DNA of 64,000 bases from Nannocystales bacterium (GTDB lineage Bacteria > Myxococcota_A > Polyangia > Nannocystales > Nannocystaceae). Shown piece by piece: positions 9,864 to 19,603 of the stretch. The stretch is taken from assembly GCA_050633305.1 (NCBI GenBank), contig JBOEGF010000005.1, positions 288,001 to 352,000 on the forward strand. Reading direction: 5' to 3'. A program made the position numbers and the translations under genes. The notes beneath the pieces were generated by a model, which saw only the letters and a list, made by a program, of their open reading frames with translations, did not search any database and was not told the DNA's origin. Positions within the stretch are counted from its first letter, which is position 1. The number at the start of each line of letters is the position of its first letter.

Positions 9864-11578
9864 ACCTCTCGTACGTACTCTCGGGCACCGCGTTCACACT
9901 CCTCGTGCTGGCGTCGCCGCTGGCGAACGCTTCGGTCGATGCCCGTATCACGGCGAGCCGCACATCCTGCGTTTCGCCGTGCCCCGTGATGGTCACGGCG
10001 GAGGGCACGGAGTCCTCGGAGACCGACGCGCCCTGGCATGAGCTTGGCTACCACTTCGACTTCGGCGACCCCGATTCGGGGGAATGGGACACCACGGGTC
10101 TGTCCAAGGCTCGCCAGGTGGGTGGCCCCATGGCGATGCACACGTTCGAGTGCTCGGCCGGGCAGTGCGTGTTCGTCATCGGCATGCGCGCCCAGGATGC
10201 GAGCGGGGCGTTCGATGACGCGTTTGTCGAGGTCGTCGTCGATGCACCCGATCACCGCTACGCAGCCACGGACACGGTCTGCGTGTCACCTTCGTCGACG
10301 TTCTTCGAGGGCGGCGATGATGTTCCGTGTCCTGAAGGCGCAGTGACGAGCACCCAAGTCCCGAACCTGGGCGACTTCACGGGGCGACGGATTCTGCTGC
10401 GCCGCGGGGAATCGTTCGACCGGGTTTGCATTGGCTTTGGCGAGAGCGAGGTGTTGATCGAGCCGTACGGTCGTGAGGGCGACGCCAGACCCGAGGTTGC
10501 GGGGGTCGAAGTCGGTCGTGCGGGCGAGTGCGGCGACCACTTGCCCACGACCGAGCAAGCGCTGAGCTATGGCGAGCGCTGGGCCTCGGACCTGACTGTC
10601 ACCGGTCTGCGAACGCCCGACGTCGCGTTGGGCATGTCGTATTCGAACGTGTCGGTTGTCGGCAACGACCTCGACTATCGGGACGAGCCCCGGGGTGGCG
10701 AGATCCATCTGTCCGAAAGCGGGCGCATCTGCACGACGCAAGGCGACCTCGACTGCAGCGCCGTGCCGTATCCGTACGGCGTGTACGTGGTCGAGAACAC
10801 GGTGATCGGCTCGAGCGCTGCCCCTCCGGCGTTCAACATCAGCGCGTTCAACTGCCCCATGCTCAACTGGGTTGGGTTGGCTGGAAACGTGGTCGAGCAG
10901 GCCACAGGCCACAACTACCGCTCACAGGGACACTGGCGCGGGGTTTGGATGCACAACGAAGTCCGCGGCACCCACCTGACCACAGGCAAGCAGAAGCTGA
11001 CGATCCGCGGTACGGGGACCCTCGACTATGAGCCGGTTGGCTTTCGCGGGGACAACCCGGATTGCACCTCCGCGGAGACCGGCAACAAGAGTCGGTATGG
11101 AGTGGTCGCCGACAACATCCTGGGCAGCGAGACCTCGAGCCGCGGGGATGGGTTCAAGAGCGGTGCTCACCCGCAGAACGTGGGCTCGGTCGAGGGGCTC
11201 GAGGACATCATCTTCGAGCGCAACACGTTCATCGAGGTTCCCGGTGAGCTGACCACGGACATCAACCTCGCCGGGCGCAACCTGACGTGCCGGGCGGACA
11301 ACGTCTGGTCCAGCCCCGACAACACCAATCGCAACTGCAAGACAGGCGACCACCTGCAGCTACCGCCGGAGTTTCAGGGCCCGTACCGCGAGGCGCAGGT
11401 GCCCCCGACGGCACCGGATGCGCCGGGGCGTGATGGCACTGAGACGTCGACCGGAGCGAACGAGGATTCGGATGGTGGAGGCCTGTCATGCTCCTGCCGC
11501 CAAACGGGGACGGGCGGGGGTGGCGGCAGTGCGGCGCTACTTGCCGTGATGCTCGGCCTCCTCAGACGCCGACGCTGA
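9860..11578 (+). CDS. Secreted PKD-like/right-handed beta-helix protein with MYXO-CTERM sorting signal
   Basis: Signal peptide, YHFDFGDP (PKD-like), ILLRRGESF and beta-helix-like repeats. C-terminus SCSCRQTG-GGGG-SAALLAVMLGLLRRRR. ATGA overlap with the upstream gene. Confidence 0.8.
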   Translation: MNLSYVLSGTAFTLLVLASPLANASVDARITASRTSCVSPCPVMVTAEGTESSETDAPWHELGYHFDFGDPDSGEWDTTGLSKARQVGGPMAMHTFECSAGQCVFVIGMRAQDASGAFDDAFVEVVVDAPDHRYAATDTVCVSPSSTFFEGGDDVPCPEGAVTSTQVPNLGDFTGRRILLRRGESFDRVCIGFGESEVLIEPYGREGDARPEVAGVEVGRAGECGDHLPTTEQALSYGERWASDLTVTGLRTPDVALGMSYSNVSVVGNDLDYRDEPRGGEIHLSESGRICTTQGDLDCSAVPYPYGVYVVENTVIGSSAAPPAFNISAFNCPMLNWVGLAGNVVEQATGHNYRSQGHWRGVWMHNEVRGTHLTTGKQKLTIRGTGTLDYEPVGFRGDNPDCTSAETGNKSRYGVVADNILGSETSSRGDGFKSGAHPQNVGSVEGLEDIIFERNTFIEVPGELTTDINLAGRNLTCRADNVWSSPDNTNRNCKTGDHLQLPPEFQGPYREAQVPPTAPDAPGRDGTETSTGANEDSDGGGLSCSCRQTGTGGGGGSAALLAVMLGLLRRRR

Positions 11579-11648
11579 GCGAACCACGCCCCGTCACGCC
11601 GCAATCTGGCTCGCCCCAGCGTGTCGGGTATGTTAGTTTTCGAGTCCA

Positions 11649-12155
11649 ATGCTCCGCGTGACGACCGCCGCGTTCGCCGTTCTTCTCTGCACTGCATGTG
11701 ATGGAGGAGGTGCCAAGGCCAAGCCCGAGGGTGCGGCGGCGGCCAAGCCCGACCCTGCCCCCGCCGCAGCGAAGGCCGAGGAGCCGGCATCCTCCGAGCC
11801 TCCTCCTGCTGCGGATGGCGATCCCCTGGGAGCACGGTTCCAAGATCCTCCCTGGTTCCGAAAGGAAATGTTCGGTGACCAGGCCAAGTTCGTCGACTTC
11901 GCCCGCTCCGAGGCCAACGAGGCGGGGCTGTTCAAGAGCCACGTGATCTTCGAACTCCCCGAAGGCACGACGACCGACAAGTGCGTCGAGATGGTCACGG
12001 GCAAGCTCGAGGGGGCGGTGGAGTTGACGGTCGAAGACCAACCCAACGATCGCAAGCAGCTCAAGGGCACGACCGAGCGCTACGACGTCACCGCGATGTG
12101 TGGTGATGCCGAGGGCAAGATGAAGGCGTACATCGCCTACGAGTGGACGCGCTGA
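11649..12155 (+). CDS. Hypothetical lipoprotein
   Basis: LLCTAC lipobox, Ala/Pro/Lys linker, strong GC3 codon bias. Confidence 0.8.
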   Translation: MLRVTTAAFAVLLCTACDGGGAKAKPEGAAAAKPDPAPAAAKAEEPASSEPPPAADGDPLGARFQDPPWFRKEMFGDQAKFVDFARSEANEAGLFKSHVIFELPEGTTTDKCVEMVTGKLEGAVELTVEDQPNDRKQLKGTTERYDVTAMCGDAEGKMKAYIAYEWTR

Positions 12156-12298
12156 GGCGGGCGCCGGGTTTGTCTCGGGCCGACGCGAGGTAGGAGTCGA
12201 CCGCACGTGGCCTGAGAGCGGCCGTAGTGCAGTGCCTACGGCCGATTCATGCGCGTCGGGTGGACGCTGCCATCTCCGCATATTAGCTTGATAAAGCG

Positions 12299-13063
12299 GT
12301 GGAGAAGGATGCTGTGTACTCGCCCTTCGGGTGGTCGGTCGGTCGCAGCGGCCAGACTCGCGCGCAGGTTCGAGATGAGGTGCGCTCGGTCGTCGACCGG
12401 GTCACCGAGCGTTGGGCGACCGTGTTTCCCGAGCGCGATGGGTATCGCGTCTGTGCATCGTCTCCCGCTGGACCCAGCAACGGGGTTCGCCTCACGGTCG
12501 AGCGTGGCAACTTCCGAGCGTCGGTCTCCGTCGAGTCGATTCGCGACCCCAGCCGCCACGCCCGCGAGCATCAGGCGGTCCGGATGTACGGCCGGGCCGA
12601 AGCGCGAGCGTTGGTCTCTGCCGCCGCGGCCAGCCACCGATCGATCGCCCGTTTGCGACAGGTCGGCGTTGCCGTCAGCGCGCTGATGTTCATCCCGTTT
12701 TTGTGGCTTGTCGCGGGGGCTCAGAGCACCGCGTTTGTGCTCGCTGGCATGCTCTGCATGGTCGCTGGAATCGCGACCACGACGCTGGGCGCCAGCTTGG
12801 GCGCCTATCTCGGAGAGTGCGTCGCGGCCGGAGCCCGAAGGCGGGCGATCGCCGAGACGTCGGTCGACACCCAGCTCAAGGAGGACCTTCGCCGGTGGCG
12901 TGCCTTCAGTCGCGAGCTGTCCGGAACCCGGCAAGCGCTCACGGGCGCTGCCGTGGCGGGGCCGTTCCGAGGCCTCACGCCCGATGGTCGAGCCACGCGG
13001 CGCACGCCCAGCCGACCCTTGCCGCGGTTGGCGACTACTTCTTTTTCTTTTTCTTCTTCTTGA
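12299..13063 (+). CDS. Hypothetical membrane protein (2-3 TM)
   Basis: Hydrophobic stretch VGVAVSALMFIPFLWL...GAYLG. The 3' end overlaps the convergent gene. Confidence 0.6.
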   Translation: MEKDAVYSPFGWSVGRSGQTRAQVRDEVRSVVDRVTERWATVFPERDGYRVCASSPAGPSNGVRLTVERGNFRASVSVESIRDPSRHAREHQAVRMYGRAEARALVSAAAASHRSIARLRQVGVAVSALMFIPFLWLVAGAQSTAFVLAGMLCMVAGIATTTLGASLGAYLGECVAAGARRRAIAETSVDTQLKEDLRRWRAFSRELSGTRQALTGAAVAGPFRGLTPDGRATRRTPSRPLPRLATTSFSFSSS

Positions 13064-13964
13064 ACTTCGCCGCGTGCTTGACGTTGCGGTTGGCCTTTTG
13101 GACGACCTGCCCGTCTTGCTGCATTCGCTGCGGCGCTTCGCCGGTCTCTTGGAGCATCTGCCCCTCGGTCATCTGCAGGAGCTGAAGCGTCCCGGCGAAC
13201 AAGAACGGCGAGACCTGCAGCATGAGCCGCTTGTCGAGCTGCTGAAGCTCCACCTGAATCTTCACGGGCAGGCGGATGTTCTTCACCTCGGCCGCCTGCG
13301 GGTAGCCCTCGTGTTCAGGCTGATGCGTGCCGGGATCACCCAGCGGGTGATGCATTCGGCACGCGACCGGGCGGTGCTCCCAGATCCGGCACTTGCCCTT
13401 CTTGGAGTCGAGGTACGGGCATGCCTCCATGCGCTTGGCGTAGCTCAGTCGCCCGCCGCGAACCGCCTTGCTGCCCATCCGGATCTTCGCGGGGTCTTTG
13501 CCCCCGTGCCCGTCCTGGATGTCCTTGAACTGCATCTCGCCGAGCTCGCCCAGATGCTGCGCGACCTGCTGGAAGTCCTTCCACGGTCGGACACGACGGT
13601 AGATCGCCAGCGCCTCGATCGAGGAGACGCCCATCGGTGCCGTGTGACAGGGCCCGTCGCCCCCACTCTCGCCAGGTCGTACGACGTCGTCGCCAATCTC
13701 GGGCAGCTGGGCCCGGACCGCCGCGTGATAGTCGTCGACGTGCGCGAGGAAGACGTCCACCAGGTCGAAGAAACCCCGCGGCAAGCGCTTGGTTTCGGCG
13801 ACGTCGGCCAGGCCCGGGAGGGCACCGATCTTGGTCAGCGTCTCCTTCATGCCCGCCGTGGCGACCGCGGCCGCCTTCTTTGCGCGACGAGGGATCCGCG
13901 TCACCTGGTCCGTCGGGAGCTGGTTGCGACGCCCGAACAGGCCGCTTAGGAACTCCAGAGCCAT
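13035..13964 (-). CDS. YkgJ-like (Zn/Fe-chelating cysteine cluster) protein with poly-Lys tail
   Basis: ACPYLDSKKGKCRIWEHRPVACR motif. ATG at 13964 (MALEFLSGLFG). Ends FKKKKKKKK. Confidence 0.8.
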   Translation of the reverse strand: MALEFLSGLFGRRNQLPTDQVTRIPRRAKKAAAVATAGMKETLTKIGALPGLADVAETKRLPRGFFDLVDVFLAHVDDYHAAVRAQLPEIGDDVVRPGESGGDGPCHTAPMGVSSIEALAIYRRVRPWKDFQQVAQHLGELGEMQFKDIQDGHGGKDPAKIRMGSKAVRGGRLSYAKRMEACPYLDSKKGKCRIWEHRPVACRMHHPLGDPGTHQPEHEGYPQAAEVKNIRLPVKIQVELQQLDKRLMLQVSPFLFAGTLQLLQMTEGQMLQETGEAPQRMQQDGQVVQKANRNVKHAAKFKKKKKKKK

Positions 13965-14042
13965 GGCTGGCGGCAATAGCACACCCCGAACCCCCCGAAC
14001 ACCCTTGCCAGCCCGCAATGGCCGCGGGTAGCGTCCCCCGCG

Positions 14043-14975
14043 ATGCTTCGACGATGGGCCCTGGGTGTGCTCCTGGCTACCGCTGCCTGCAAGCCAGCGC
14101 CCGGCATTCCGACGACAGCGCCTGGTGGCGCGGACCCGGCGGACCCGGGTGTGGCTGCTGTTCCCAGCGAGACCGCCACCGTCCTACGCTACGACGCGAG
14201 CGCCCGCACGCTGAAGCAGGTCGGTCACTTGGAGCTGATCCAGCGCGGGGCCGGGCAATACGCCGAGGCGGTGGTGGATCTGGAGGCGGTCATCGCCTTC
14301 GAGCCCAAGGGAGACCGGCTCGAGGTCGTTTGGACCGTCAGTGACATCACGGGGCTCGAACTCCGCGGTGCCCTTCAGCGCGACGACGACGAGACCGACA
14401 CATTCCTCGAGACCCACGGGTTCGGCGCCTACCTCAGCGACCTTCGTGGCCAGGCAGAGGTCGATCCTGCCCTGCCCAAGAATGCGGAACGCGAGTCGAA
14501 GCTCGCTGCGATGCGTCAAGAGATCGCCGACGCGACCGAGGCGGGAAAGCCGGCTCCGATCGTCCCCGGCCTGCAGATGCTCAGCTACCTTCCTCCGCTC
14601 CTGCAGTTGCCGACGCTGCCCGAGGAGCCCCTCCCGCTCAGCGAGCCGGTGACCGTTCACCGGGAGGAGGAGACCGAGCTTGGAGAGACGGGTCTCGTGA
14701 TCCCCTTCGACGTCGAAGTCGAGTACACGCTCGTGCGAATCGAAGAGTCCGGCGGCGCGCGTTTGGCCGAGATGGTCTTCGAAGGCACCGCGGTGGGTGT
14801 GCAAGAAGGCCCCGGCGGCGAGATCGTGATCGAGAGCAAGCAGCGCGGAACACTGCTGTTCGATCTGGGACGCCGAATCCCGGTTTCGTACGAATCGACC
14901 CGAACTGAAACGATCGAGATGGGTCAGTTCAGCGGGGAGACCGAAACGACCCTCCGCGCGACGTGGGAAGAGTAG
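14043..14975 (+). CDS. Hypothetical lipoprotein (beta-rich)
   Basis: LATAAC lipobox and a long ORF with host codon bias. Confidence 0.78.
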   Translation: MLRRWALGVLLATAACKPAPGIPTTAPGGADPADPGVAAVPSETATVLRYDASARTLKQVGHLELIQRGAGQYAEAVVDLEAVIAFEPKGDRLEVVWTVSDITGLELRGALQRDDDETDTFLETHGFGAYLSDLRGQAEVDPALPKNAERESKLAAMRQEIADATEAGKPAPIVPGLQMLSYLPPLLQLPTLPEEPLPLSEPVTVHREEETELGETGLVIPFDVEVEYTLVRIEESGGARLAEMVFEGTAVGVQEGPGGEIVIESKQRGTLLFDLGRRIPVSYESTRTETIEMGQFSGETETTLRATWEE

Positions 14976-15009
14976 GGCCGCCGCTCTTGCGAGCGCTACA
15001 ATAGGATCG

Positions 15010-16836
15010 GTGATCCTTCAGCCCGACGACTGCGTACCGCTCGCCGTCGTCCGGCTCATGGGGAACGGCGCCATTGTCGGTCTCGAGGGCGAGTGGGCGC
15101 GGCTGTGCTCTGAGCTCCGGTTTGGGTGCTGTGCCTACGACGTGATCCCCGTCGGTCTTCGCGATGGACTCCAGGCTGCGATGGCCGAGCATCGGGCGAT
15201 GCGTTTTCGGTTTGCGCAGGGCGGTCACGAATGGCTGTGTCGGGTCGAGCCGGATGGGGAGGGCTTCGTCTTGCACGCGTCCGCGCTGCCGGACTCGATG
15301 CTCGACGAAGAGGCACCGCGCCACCGGGTCGGGCGCTTCATGGACGACGCACCATTCCACGTGAGCGTCGCCGACGTACAACATGGCGGCCGCATCGCCG
15401 TGTGGAGTCGACACTCCGCGAGCATGTTCGGGTACACGTCCACCGAAGCGCTTTCGGGGCTCACCGCGCGAGATCTCTACGCGTCCGAATCGGACTACCT
15501 CGCAATGCTTGCGGAGGTCGAGGACGGCCAGTCCTCCGCCAAGTGCACGATGAAGCGCAAAGACGGGACGACCTTCGTCGGCCGTGTGCTGGTGATGCCG
15601 GGACGGAACAGCGCCGGAACCCTGACCGAGCGCTGCACCTTCATCGAAGACATCAGCGGCGCACAACAGGCCGAGCGCGAACTCTCAGAGGCGCAGCGCA
15701 TCGGCGGACACGACGACCGGGTTCGGTTGATGGGGCAGCTGGCAGGAGGGATCGCCCACGACTTCAACAACCTTCTGACCGCGATCATGTCGAGCGCCGA
15801 GATGCTCGCACTGCAGTGCCGTGATCAGCCCGAGGCGACCGAAGACCTCGCGGTGATCACCAACGCAGCGCGCTCGGGCTCCAGCCTAACCCGCCGGCTG
15901 CTCACGTTCACCCGCAACAAAGTCGAAGCCCCTCGGCGCATCGACGTCCCTGCCTGGTTCTCCGAGCTCCTTCCGTTCCTGCAAAGGCTGGTCCCCGAAC
16001 GTGTTCGCTTCGAGCACGCGATGGAAGGCCTGGGCGCCATCGAGATCGACCCCAACGAACTCGAGCAGGTCGTCCTCAATCTCGTGGTCAACGCGGTGGG
16101 GGCGATGCCCGATGGCGGGGTGCTCACGCTGCGGTGCCGTTGTGTGGACAACCGCATGTTGCTCGAGGCCGAGGACACGGGTGTTGGCATGCCTGCGGAC
16201 TTGCACGAGCGCGTGTTCGAACCGTTCTTCACCACCCGAGCGGAGGGCACTGGACTTGGGCTCGCGACGGCACGCGCCATCGTGCGGCGGGCAGGGGGGG
16301 AGATCTGGGTGCTCAGCGCGACGGGCAAGGGGTCGTGCTTCTCTGTATCGATCCCGCTGTGCGCCGGCGTGCCTGCCCCTGTACACGTGCTTCATCCCGT
16401 GCCTGCGCCCCCGGACGACCGCGGCGTCGCCCTGCTCATCGAGGACCAGGTGGATGTGCGCTACGCGGTCGAGCGCCTGCTGCGTTCGATGGGATTCGAT
16501 GTTCGTGCCGAGCCCGACGTTCGCTCGGGACAGCACGCACTCGAAGAGATGGAGCGCTGCACGCTTCTGCTCACCGACTACATGCTGCCCGACGGCACCG
16601 GGCTGGATCTGATCAACGACGTTCGAGAGGTGTTCCCCGAAGCGCGGGCCGTGCTGATGTCCGGCTACTTGCAGGAACTCGAGGTCGCCGACGAGCACTT
16701 CGACCGGCTCATCGCCAAGCCGTTCACGCGGACCCAGCTCGGCGAGCTGCTGACGAGTCTCGACACCGAGCCAGCGCCGCCGCAGGAGATGCGGCGGGAG
16801 GCGAGGGACCCTACGGGTGGTGAACGACGGCGATGA
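15010..16836 (+). CDS. PAS-domain hybrid sensor histidine kinase/response regulator (cytoplasmic)
   Basis: PAS (MFGYT, RKDGTTF), H-box AGGIAHDFNNLL, N/G boxes NLVVNA, DTGVGM, FEPFFTT, GTGLGL, receiver LIED...LLTDYMLP...MSG...KPF. Confidence 0.93.
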   Translation: MILQPDDCVPLAVVRLMGNGAIVGLEGEWARLCSELRFGCCAYDVIPVGLRDGLQAAMAEHRAMRFRFAQGGHEWLCRVEPDGEGFVLHASALPDSMLDEEAPRHRVGRFMDDAPFHVSVADVQHGGRIAVWSRHSASMFGYTSTEALSGLTARDLYASESDYLAMLAEVEDGQSSAKCTMKRKDGTTFVGRVLVMPGRNSAGTLTERCTFIEDISGAQQAERELSEAQRIGGHDDRVRLMGQLAGGIAHDFNNLLTAIMSSAEMLALQCRDQPEATEDLAVITNAARSGSSLTRRLLTFTRNKVEAPRRIDVPAWFSELLPFLQRLVPERVRFEHAMEGLGAIEIDPNELEQVVLNLVVNAVGAMPDGGVLTLRCRCVDNRMLLEAEDTGVGMPADLHERVFEPFFTTRAEGTGLGLATARAIVRRAGGEIWVLSATGKGSCFSVSIPLCAGVPAPVHVLHPVPAPPDDRGVALLIEDQVDVRYAVERLLRSMGFDVRAEPDVRSGQHALEEMERCTLLLTDYMLPDGTGLDLINDVREVFPEARAVLMSGYLQELEVADEHFDRLIAKPFTRTQLGELLTSLDTEPAPPQEMRREARDPTGGERRR

Positions 16837-17221
16837 CGTCGGAGTCCTTGGGGACCGTCATCACGCCCGTGGCCAACACCTCGGCGCCGTCGCGGATCTG
16901 GAGATCGTTCTTGCCCGACGGGATTTCGATGCCCTCCAGCGGCGCGGTGCCAGCGTAGCGCCCGTTGATGAAGATGCTGCCGCGACCACCCTCAACTCGG
17001 ACCGTCAGGCTGCCGGCGGACTTCTTGGACTGCTTGCGCCGATCCTTCGACGACGTGCGCGAGCCGGAGGCCCAGGTCCCGCCACTTTCCACACACAGAT
17101 TCCCCTCTTCGGCGCAGTCGAACGCGGCCTCGGCCGTGGGCGCAGCGGTCATGAGCCCCAAACCGAGGCCCAGCGTCGTGACGAGCAGGGAGGTGGTGAA
17201 CTTGCTGGACTTGAAGCGCAT
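16811..17221 (-). CDS. Secreted PEGA domain protein
   Basis: Signal peptide, GSLTVRVEGGRGSIFINGRYAGTAPL...IPSGKNDLQI. Confidence 0.8.
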   Translation of the reverse strand: MRFKSSKFTTSLLVTTLGLGLGLMTAAPTAEAAFDCAEEGNLCVESGGTWASGSRTSSKDRRKQSKKSAGSLTVRVEGGRGSIFINGRYAGTAPLEGIEIPSGKNDLQIRDGAEVLATGVMTVPKDSDVIAVVHHP

Positions 17222-17449
17222 CTCGACTCCGAAAGGGCCCGTCCGAAGCGAACCCACACCCAGAATACCATCGGGGCATCACCGCGTCGGCGTGTAGATC
17301 GTTGGGTCCGTTACGACTCCTGCGCGAAGAGTGCGGAATCTTGGCCGCGATCTGGGGCGAATCGACCCGGGAGGCGACACCGGACTCGTCCCCGAAGCCC
17401 AAACCTCGGCGACAGATGAGCCCAGCGGTTTTTTGGTAAGGTCCGATCG

Positions 17450-18061
17450 TTGGCCGTGATCTCGCGACTGCAACCCTGGCTCGTTCTCGCCTGCCTCTCC
17501 TTGAGCGTGAGCGGGTGTTTCCGTGGAGCCGAGCGGGAAAAGAAGGCGCCTCCAGGGGTGCCCGGCGGCCTGTGTCTCGCGCCGGACGGCGTCTGCCAAG
17601 ACGGCATGTGCAACCGCGAGAAGAACTACTGCTACGACCCGCAAGATCCGTGCGAGGGGTTCTTCTGCGGCGGGAGCGAGCGCGGGATCTGCATCGTGAA
17701 CAACAACGAGCCGAGCTGCTCTTGCCACGAGGGCTTCGAGGCGGAGACCTTCGAGCTCTACTGTTGCCCGAACGACGCAAACCAAGACGCCGCCTGCGCC
17801 GAGGCGCAAACCGGGTCGTCGGGGAGTTCCAACACGTCCACGAGCGGGGGGTCGTCCGGGAACCTCGCGGCTTGCGAGTCGTTTGTAGATTCCGTCGACT
17901 GTTCGTTCCCCGCTGGCTCTTTGGACTGCTCTTCGTACGCGGATCTGGAGTGCGACGTCAGCGACTTCCTCGACTGTCTCGCTGACAACACGACGTGCAC
18001 CGATGGCATGGCCGATGTCACGGGATGGGCAGCCTGTGGAAGCATGGGTGCCTGCGCTTGA
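17450..18061 (+). CDS. Cysteine-rich (EGF-like) lipoprotein
   Basis: LSVSGC lipobox, about 20 Cys in two modules separated by a G/S linker, CSCHEGF EGF-like end. Confidence 0.75.
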   Translation: MAVISRLQPWLVLACLSLSVSGCFRGAEREKKAPPGVPGGLCLAPDGVCQDGMCNREKNYCYDPQDPCEGFFCGGSERGICIVNNNEPSCSCHEGFEAETFELYCCPNDANQDAACAEAQTGSSGSSNTSTSGGSSGNLAACESFVDSVDCSFPAGSLDCSSYADLECDVSDFLDCLADNTTCTDGMADVTGWAACGSMGACA

Positions 18062-18116
18062 GCTCGGGATTGTCTGTGTCCGCGTGGTGTAGGTGTAAGA
18101 AGGGTCGGAGGGCTGA

Positions 18117-18833
18117 GTGACAACGGAACGTTCGGCTGCGGTCGTCCTCCTCAGTGGAGGGCTGGACTCGGTGACGGTGCTCGCGCTCGCTGCCAAGCGC
18201 GGTTTTGCCGTCCACGCGATGAGCTTTGCGTACGGTCAGCGACACGCGGTGGAGCTGTCATGCGCATCCCGCCAAGCGCAGCGATTCGGCGCGCATGCGC
18301 ACGAGGTGGTCGACCTTTCACACCTGGGGCGGCTCGTCGCGCCCGCTACGGCGCTTGTTGGGGAGAGCAACCTCGAGGTTCCCAAAGGCGGGGACCCCGA
18401 GGCGGAGGGCATTCCCACGACCTACGTCCCCGCTCGCAACACGCTCTTCCTGTCCTACGGGCTCGCCTGGGCTGAGGTGGTCGGTGCGCGGCACATCTTC
18501 ATCGGGGTCAATGCGCTCGACTACTCGGGCTATCCCGACTGCCGGCCCGTGTTCATCGAAGCTTTCGAGCGCACGGCCAACCTCGCCACGAGAATCGGCG
18601 TGGAGGACGGTGACCCGCTGCGCATCGAGACGCCGCTGCAGGAACTCCGCAAGCACGAGATCGTCACGCTTGGGCTCGAGCACGGCGTCGACTACAGCGA
18701 CACGGTCAGTTGCTATGACCCCCTCGAAGACAGCGAGGGCCGGCCGCTTGCCTGTGGGTTGTGCGACAGCTGTCAGCTTCGCCGCCGCGGGTTCGAGCTG
18801 GCCGGGGTCGAGGACCCCACCCGGTACGTCTGA
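18117..18833 (+). CDS. queC: 7-cyano-7-deazaguanine synthase
   Basis: [31 protein letters not shown]...CGLCDSC zinc site. Confidence 0.97.
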   Translation: MTTERSAAVVLLSGGLDSVTVLALAAKRGFAVHAMSFAYGQRHAVELSCASRQAQRFGAHAHEVVDLSHLGRLVAPATALVGESNLEVPKGGDPEAEGIPTTYVPARNTLFLSYGLAWAEVVGARHIFIGVNALDYSGYPDCRPVFIEAFERTANLATRIGVEDGDPLRIETPLQELRKHEIVTLGLEHGVDYSDTVSCYDPLEDSEGRPLACGLCDSCQLRRRGFELAGVEDPTRYV

Positions 18834-18898
18834 GGAGCAAGGCAGCTAGAAGTGACCAGAGGCGTGCGTTGCAGGCCGAATTCAAACCGGTCGGCGCT

Positions 18899-19369
18899 CT
18901 AGTCCTCGTACAGTGGCAGGCCGAACGCTCGGACCTGGTCTTCGCCGGAGCTGTGGCAGCCGACGCACGTGTTGTCGTTCTTGCCGGCGGAGACGAGCCG
19001 GCCACCGCCCGTGTACTCGCCCCAGAACCACCCGCCTTCTCGCCGCTCCATGAAACTGAGGTACTCAAACGAGCCTCCCTGCGCGCGGTTCCAGCCATCC
19101 TTGACGATGAGCGAGCCCTGCGGCCAGCGCTCCAGCGGTACGCCTTCGGCGATCGCGTCTTCCATCACGTCGTTGATGTACAGGTCGATGAATCCGCCGT
19201 GGGGGCCGCCTTCGGCCGGCAGGCGCCCCTCCTCCCATCCCGGCGCCCGGGCGTAGATGTTGCGGTAGTCGTCGTCCCGGAGTTGGTCTCGGATGTCGTC
19301 GGCCTCGCTGGCGTTGCAGCCGCCGGAGAGTGTCAGCAAGACAGCGACGACGGTTTGTGCGGGGGACAT
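18899..19369 (-). CDS. Cytochrome P460 family lipoprotein
   Basis: LSGGC lipobox, WPQGSLIVKD, GGWFWGEY and a single C-terminal CVGCH heme motif. Real start at 19369, inside the longer listed ORF. Confidence 0.82.
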   Translation of the reverse strand: MSPAQTVVAVLLTLSGGCNASEADDIRDQLRDDDYRNIYARAPGWEEGRLPAEGGPHGGFIDLYINDVMEDAIAEGVPLERWPQGSLIVKDGWNRAQGGSFEYLSFMERREGGWFWGEYTGGGRLVSAGKNDNTCVGCHSSGEDQVRAFGLPLYED

Positions 19370-19603
19370 CGTCTTGGTGTACTCGCGCTGCGAAGATCGG
19401 TTACAGGATTCGTCCCAGGATGGGCCGACCGCACTTGTGCACAACTCTGTGCGTTTCGGCGACCCGCCAACATGTCTGTGAGGGCCACTGTCCCGGCCAA
19501 GAAGCTGCTTCGAACAGGGCGGCCGAACACTGATTCGATCCATTCCTCGGGGGCGTCGTTGGATTAAGTTTCTGTGCTCTTTGCAGCTCCCTAGGTTGGT
19601 CGC

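Noticed and set aside
18117..18833. QueC-like anti-phage or DNA-modification system (QatC/Dpd type)
   Set aside because: Canonical length and all housekeeping QueC motifs; no ATPase, TatD or dpd neighbours.
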